Source of the DNA: Candidatus Puniceispirillum sp.
GTDB lineage: Bacteria > Pseudomonadota > Alphaproteobacteria > Puniceispirillales > Puniceispirillaceae
Reading direction: 5' to 3'
Length of the DNA: 64,000 bases
NCBI GenBank assembly: GCA_028383305.1
Contig: JAOEVD010000003.1
Span: 5,442 to 69,441, forward strand
The notes beneath the pieces are model-generated. The model ran no database searches and was not told the DNA's origin. It was given only the letters and a program-made list of their open reading frames with translations. Position 1 is the stretch's first letter, and the number at the start of each line of letters is the position of its first letter. A program made the translations under genes and the position numbers. Below are positions 60,517-64,000 of this stretch, piece after piece.

Positions 60517-61503
60517 TCAATTCCTCTGCTTGCTTACGAGGTAAAGGAAAAATGGTGTCCCCAAAAGTGCAGTTAGGACGCCCAGCTTTATTTCACTGGC
60601 GGTTGGTAACAACCTGATGGCAATATCTGATATTAGCACTAGCAGTGCGGCAATTGGTGGCGTCCATATGAGGGTCTTTCTGGGCTCATGTTTGACAAAT
60701 GGCCGGACAATATGCGGTGTCACCAGACCTACAAAGCCAACAATCCCAACCACGGATGTGATAGAGCCTACGGTGAGCGCTGTGCCAACCAGTATGTCGC
60801 GTCGTAATTTTGGGATGTTGGCGCCGATAGACGTAGCAGTCTCTTCACCCAATGTTAACAGATCTAAGCCATTAGCAGCGCGCAGCAGAAAGAATGAGCC
60901 AAGCATCACCAGCGGTGCAGACATGAGAACATGATGATAGGACACATCGGTAACCGATCCCAACATCCAGAAAACAATCTCATTAATGGCAAAGGGGTTC
61001 TCAGAAAGGCTGAGGATAAGAGTGGTAAAAGCGCCGGAAAGGGAAGAAATACCAACGCCGATAAGAATAACGCTATGTTTGCTAGCAGCTTTGCTAGTGA
61101 GTTTTATGAGGGCCCAAGAGGCAATAGCGGCAAACCCAAGGGAAAAGGCCGGTGTGTAGTAGAGGCCCAAAGCACTGAAGCCAAGCCCAATGGACAAAAC
61201 AGCGCCAAGGGCGGCGGCGGAGCTTATGCCGACAACACTTGGTTCGGCCAGCGGGTTGCGAAGAAAGCCTTGCAGGCCGGCGCCAGCCATGCCAAGTCCA
61301 AAGCCAACAATCAAGCACATCAAAGTTCGGGGCATGCGAAGGTCCCAAAGAATGATTGCATCGGGGGTAGTTTCACCGTAGAGCGGGGATATGATTGCTG
61401 CAAACAAATCGATTTCTACATGCCCAATTTGGAGCGAAGCATATGATCCGATGACCAATAAGATCAGGATAAAGCTACTTAATTTTCTCGGATCAAGAGG
61501 CAT
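60517..61503 (-). CDS. ABC permease, BtuC/FecCD family
   Basis: LRMPR, LQG.LRNPLAEP, FWMLGS, GFVGLV.PH, LG.PFF. Confidence 0.92.
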   Translation of the reverse strand: MPLDPRKLSSFILILLVIGSYASLQIGHVEIDLFAAIISPLYGETTPDAIILWDLRMPRTLMCLIVGFGLGMAGAGLQGFLRNPLAEPSVVGISSAAALGAVLSIGLGFSALGLYYTPAFSLGFAAIASWALIKLTSKAASKHSVILIGVGISSLSGAFTTLILSLSENPFAINEIVFWMLGSVTDVSYHHVLMSAPLVMLGSFFLLRAANGLDLLTLGEETATSIGANIPKLRRDILVGTALTVGSITSVVGIVGFVGLVTPHIVRPFVKHEPRKTLIWTPPIAALLVLISDIAIRLLPTASEIKLGVLTALLGTPFFLYLVSKQRN

Positions 61504-62359
61504 TGTTTTGACCAACAAGTTTTATATATTCAGAACTTAAGTGAGTTATTAGATCGACCACTTTAGGCGTGCCGCATGACCAGTGCTTAGTTTCAATGAA
61601 AAGCGCCTTGGCTTTACTCTTCCCGTTTAATAAGGCCGGATGATATAGGGTAGATCCACTCTTGTTGCTGAAGCTTTTATCGCCATCCAAAATCAACACA
61701 TCTGGAGCTGATTTAACCAGTGCCTCCGCTGATATGTAGCGTCCCCCGTTATAGCCAAGGAACTCAGAATAGCTTTTAAAACCAGATCGCCTAATTATAC
61801 TTGAAATCAGTGAATTGTGGCCATGAACAAATCTATTAGTTGAATATTGAAGGGCAATTAATTGTTTTACATTTTTAGCATTTACCCTCGGAGATTTTAA
61901 AAGACTAGTCAATTCCTGCGCCTGACTCTCTGCATTCAGTAATTCTCCTAGAATAAAAATATTTTTTTCAATATCTTCAACCGACCTTGCAAAGCTTATA
62001 AGGCGTACATTTACGCCAAGTTTTTTGAGAGCAGATTTTGTCTTTGCTGATGAAAAATTTGATGCCAAAACCAACGAGGGATCGAGGGCGTAGATCATTT
62101 CTGCATTAAAAGTAACTTTTTGCAAATTTTTGACCTTGTCGCTGATGTGTGAATAACGGTCATCATCGGCAAGAGCGGACACAGCGACTAAGTTTTTTGT
62201 ACCGATGAGCGCCACAACTAACGAGTCTATGCAGATATTTGTTGTTATAACGCGCGATTGAGGATTTGTGTTTTTATCTGATGCGAGCGCAGTCATTGGA
62301 ATGCTTGCCAAACTAATGGCAAGCATGACGGCGGTGGTGATAGTTGAAGACCTTATCAT
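61493..62359 (-). CDS. Periplasmic binding protein, BtuF-like
   Basis: Signal peptide; T.NICID, HPAL, WSCGTP typical of alphaproteobacterial cobalamin-binding proteins. Confidence 0.75.
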   Translation of the reverse strand: MIRSSTITTAVMLAISLASIPMTALASDKNTNPQSRVITTNICIDSLVVALIGTKNLVAVSALADDDRYSHISDKVKNLQKVTFNAEMIYALDPSLVLASNFSSAKTKSALKKLGVNVRLISFARSVEDIEKNIFILGELLNAESQAQELTSLLKSPRVNAKNVKQLIALQYSTNRFVHGHNSLISSIIRRSGFKSYSEFLGYNGGRYISAEALVKSAPDVLILDGDKSFSNKSGSTLYHPALLNGKSKAKALFIETKHWSCGTPKVVDLITHLSSEYIKLVGQNNAS

Positions 62360-62366
62360 TTTTTCC

Positions 62367-64000
62367 CTACCATTTTGTGGCCGCGGTCAGGTAATAAGAT
62401 CGCCCAGCACTCCGGTACCCCCAGTTATCGGAATATTCCTTATCAAATAAATTTGAAATTTGTCCGGTGATGCTAACGTTTGATGTGATGTTGAACGAAC
62501 TTGTCAGATCAAATTTTGTGAAGTCGGGCAGTTTCCTTGAGGTCCAGACGCCGGGATAGCTGTCATAATTTTTTACTATTTTTGTTGCGGACACGGCAAC
62601 ATGTCCCTTGCTTTCTGCGAACTGATATTCAATTTGGCTATTAAAACTATGTTTGGGCCGCCGTGCCTCTACTGTACCGTCTGGGTTTTTAGCGATCAGA
62701 TACGAGTAGTTCCCGGAGATGATTGTTTGAGTGAAGGGCTGAAACTGCATAACCAGTTCAAGGCCTTTCCGTTTGCTGTCGCCCACCTCGTTGTAGGGGG
62801 TATACGGCGCAGCATCAGCTCTAATTTCATTAGTTAATCTGTCACGAAAGAGAACAGCTTTTATGTAGTTTTCTTGGTTGGTAAAAATCTGTTTTAGCCC
62901 CAACGAAACACTTACATTCTTTTCTGGCTTTAAGTTAAGATTACCGCTTGTCCATGCTGTTCCATAGATTTCCCCATAGGTGGGGTTTATAACCGCTGTC
63001 CCGGCATCAAAAAGAAGGGTGGTGGAATTTGTCATTAGTGGCAGAACATATCCAACTTTCCAAGTTTGAGCCGTTTTGTACCTGTTTCCATTTTCAACTC
63101 TGCTGCCTAATTGGAGAGCGCTGTTATTTTGGAATTTTTGCCGGTATTCGAAAGCAAGTGCATTTCCCAATCTCTTTTGCGCTTTATTCAATTGGTTTTT
63201 ATCATTGTGATGTTCCATTATAACGGAAACGGATTTTGCGGAGTCACTTATCACCTTATTGTCTAGAGATTGCTCAAAGTGATATCTGATAAGCTCTTGG
63301 TTATTATCACTGGATTTAATGCTATTTAAGCTATTTGAGTATTTGGTGTGGGCTATCAAGAACTTGTGTTTTGTCTTTCCGGAACTGGAATTTTTTTGAA
63401 AATCTAGTGATGTTTGAATTTCGTCTCGTTTGCCTTTGTCGTTTGTATCAACTACATAATCGAGATGAGACGATGGGGATCTATATCCATGAATTGCCGT
63501 ATCTGTTGTGGATCCCTTATAATCATCAGTGTCGTATTTTTCTGAAGCGTCTCGAAGTTTTAAAGTCATCGCGATGCCACTGTCAGTGAATGCTTTTGTC
63601 TTTATTTGAAATGTCTCTCGGTTGAAGCCATCCTTGTCACCGTTACTGTAAGACTGATCATAACCTTCATAATCCTCGTTAATGATGGTTACGCTGGAGC
63701 TAACCTGCCCAAATGTGATATCTTGGGAGATGCCGGCGGTTCTGGTGCTCCCAACACTACCAAAAAATGTACCACTATTTTTGTCAGGCTCTTTAGTGAT
63801 GATGTTAATCACACCAGATGACGCGCTAGGACCAAAAAATATGGTTTGTGGTCCACGCATTACCTCAATACGTTCAATTTCGGTTGCCGATAATCCAGAA
63901 AAAATATAGCTACCATCGCCACCTGTCGCCGGTACCCCATCAACCAGTACAAGCGTATGGTTGGCTTCACCACCACGAATTCTAACCTCAGTGAATGATG
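62367..64000 (-). CDS. TonB-dependent receptor, BtuB-like, 5' partial
   Basis: Frame continues to window end: IRGGEANHTLVLVDG, IERIEVMRGPQ, GVINIIT, NL.PE, NLFDKEY, C-terminal W. Confidence 0.88.
   Translation of the reverse strand, partial: SFTEVRIRGGEANHTLVLVDGVPATGGDGSYIFSGLSATEIERIEVMRGPQTIFFGPSASSGVINIITKEPDKNSGTFFGSVGSTRTAGISQDITFGQVSSSVTIINEDYEGYDQSYSNGDKDGFNRETFQIKTKAFTDSGIAMTLKLRDASEKYDTDDYKGSTTDTAIHGYRSPSSHLDYVVDTNDKGKRDEIQTSLDFQKNSSSGKTKHKFLIAHTKYSNSLNSIKSSDNNQELIRYHFEQSLDNKVISDSAKSVSVIMEHHNDKNQLNKAQKRLGNALAFEYRQKFQNNSALQLGSRVENGNRYKTAQTWKVGYVLPLMTNSTTLLFDAGTAVINPTYGEIYGTAWTSGNLNLKPEKNVSVSLGLKQIFTNQENYIKAVLFRDRLTNEIRADAAPYTPYNEVGDSKRKGLELVMQFQPFTQTIISGNYSYLIAKNPDGTVEARRPKHSFNSQIEYQFAESKGHVAVSATKIVKNYDSYPGVWTSRKLPDFTKFDLTSSFNITSNVSITGQISNLFDKEYSDNWGYRSAGRSYYLTAATKW

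Noticed and set aside
32-63909. Numerous 60-210 aa ORFs overlapping the called genes (e.g. 9259-9858, 20726-21355, 60931-61446)
   Set aside because: Antisense or alternate-frame shadows of well-supported genes, with no motifs or RBS
1-64000. CRISPR arrays, tRNA/rRNA genes, IS elements, integrases
   Set aside because: No regularly spaced repeats, RNA-gene signatures or transposase/integrase ORFs seen; intergenic gaps are short

Overview
Gene-dense window of an alphaproteobacterial chromosome (moderate GC, gene content and sequence style suggest a marine SAR116/Rhodospirillales-like organism; this is inference). About 46 kb form a C2/C1 island. It holds a soluble two-subunit NAD-linked formate dehydrogenase (W-FDH1-like), a PanE-like reductase, a stand-alone sucCD pair and a GntR regulator. 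Next come oxc-frc (oxalate degradation), a stand-alone ALDH1L1-N-terminal-like formyltransferase, fhs, a USP plus a TctCBA tripartite tricarboxylate transporter and a large P-loop protein. After these are a deleted ABC transporter, orphan TupA and ModE, a long block of uncharacterised FDH accessory genes, a periplasmic FDH (alpha/beta/gamma) with a WD40-cytochrome c fusion, and moaA-mobB-moeA-moaE. The remainder holds a decayed Ni-transporter pseudogene, an orphan xanthine-oxidase-family large subunit, housekeeping genes, a ufaD/ufaO/ufaM-like (furan fatty acid) cluster and an AT-richer TonB/BtuBFCD-like uptake locus that runs off the end. The best candidate for an undescribed system is oxalate import by a TTT transporter with direct formyl-CoA to tetrahydrofolate formyl transfer by the ALDH1L1-like protein. 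The second is the uncharacterised FDH maturation block. No rRNA, tRNA, CRISPR array or transposase was seen. Family and DUF names come from recall of motifs, not from a database search.
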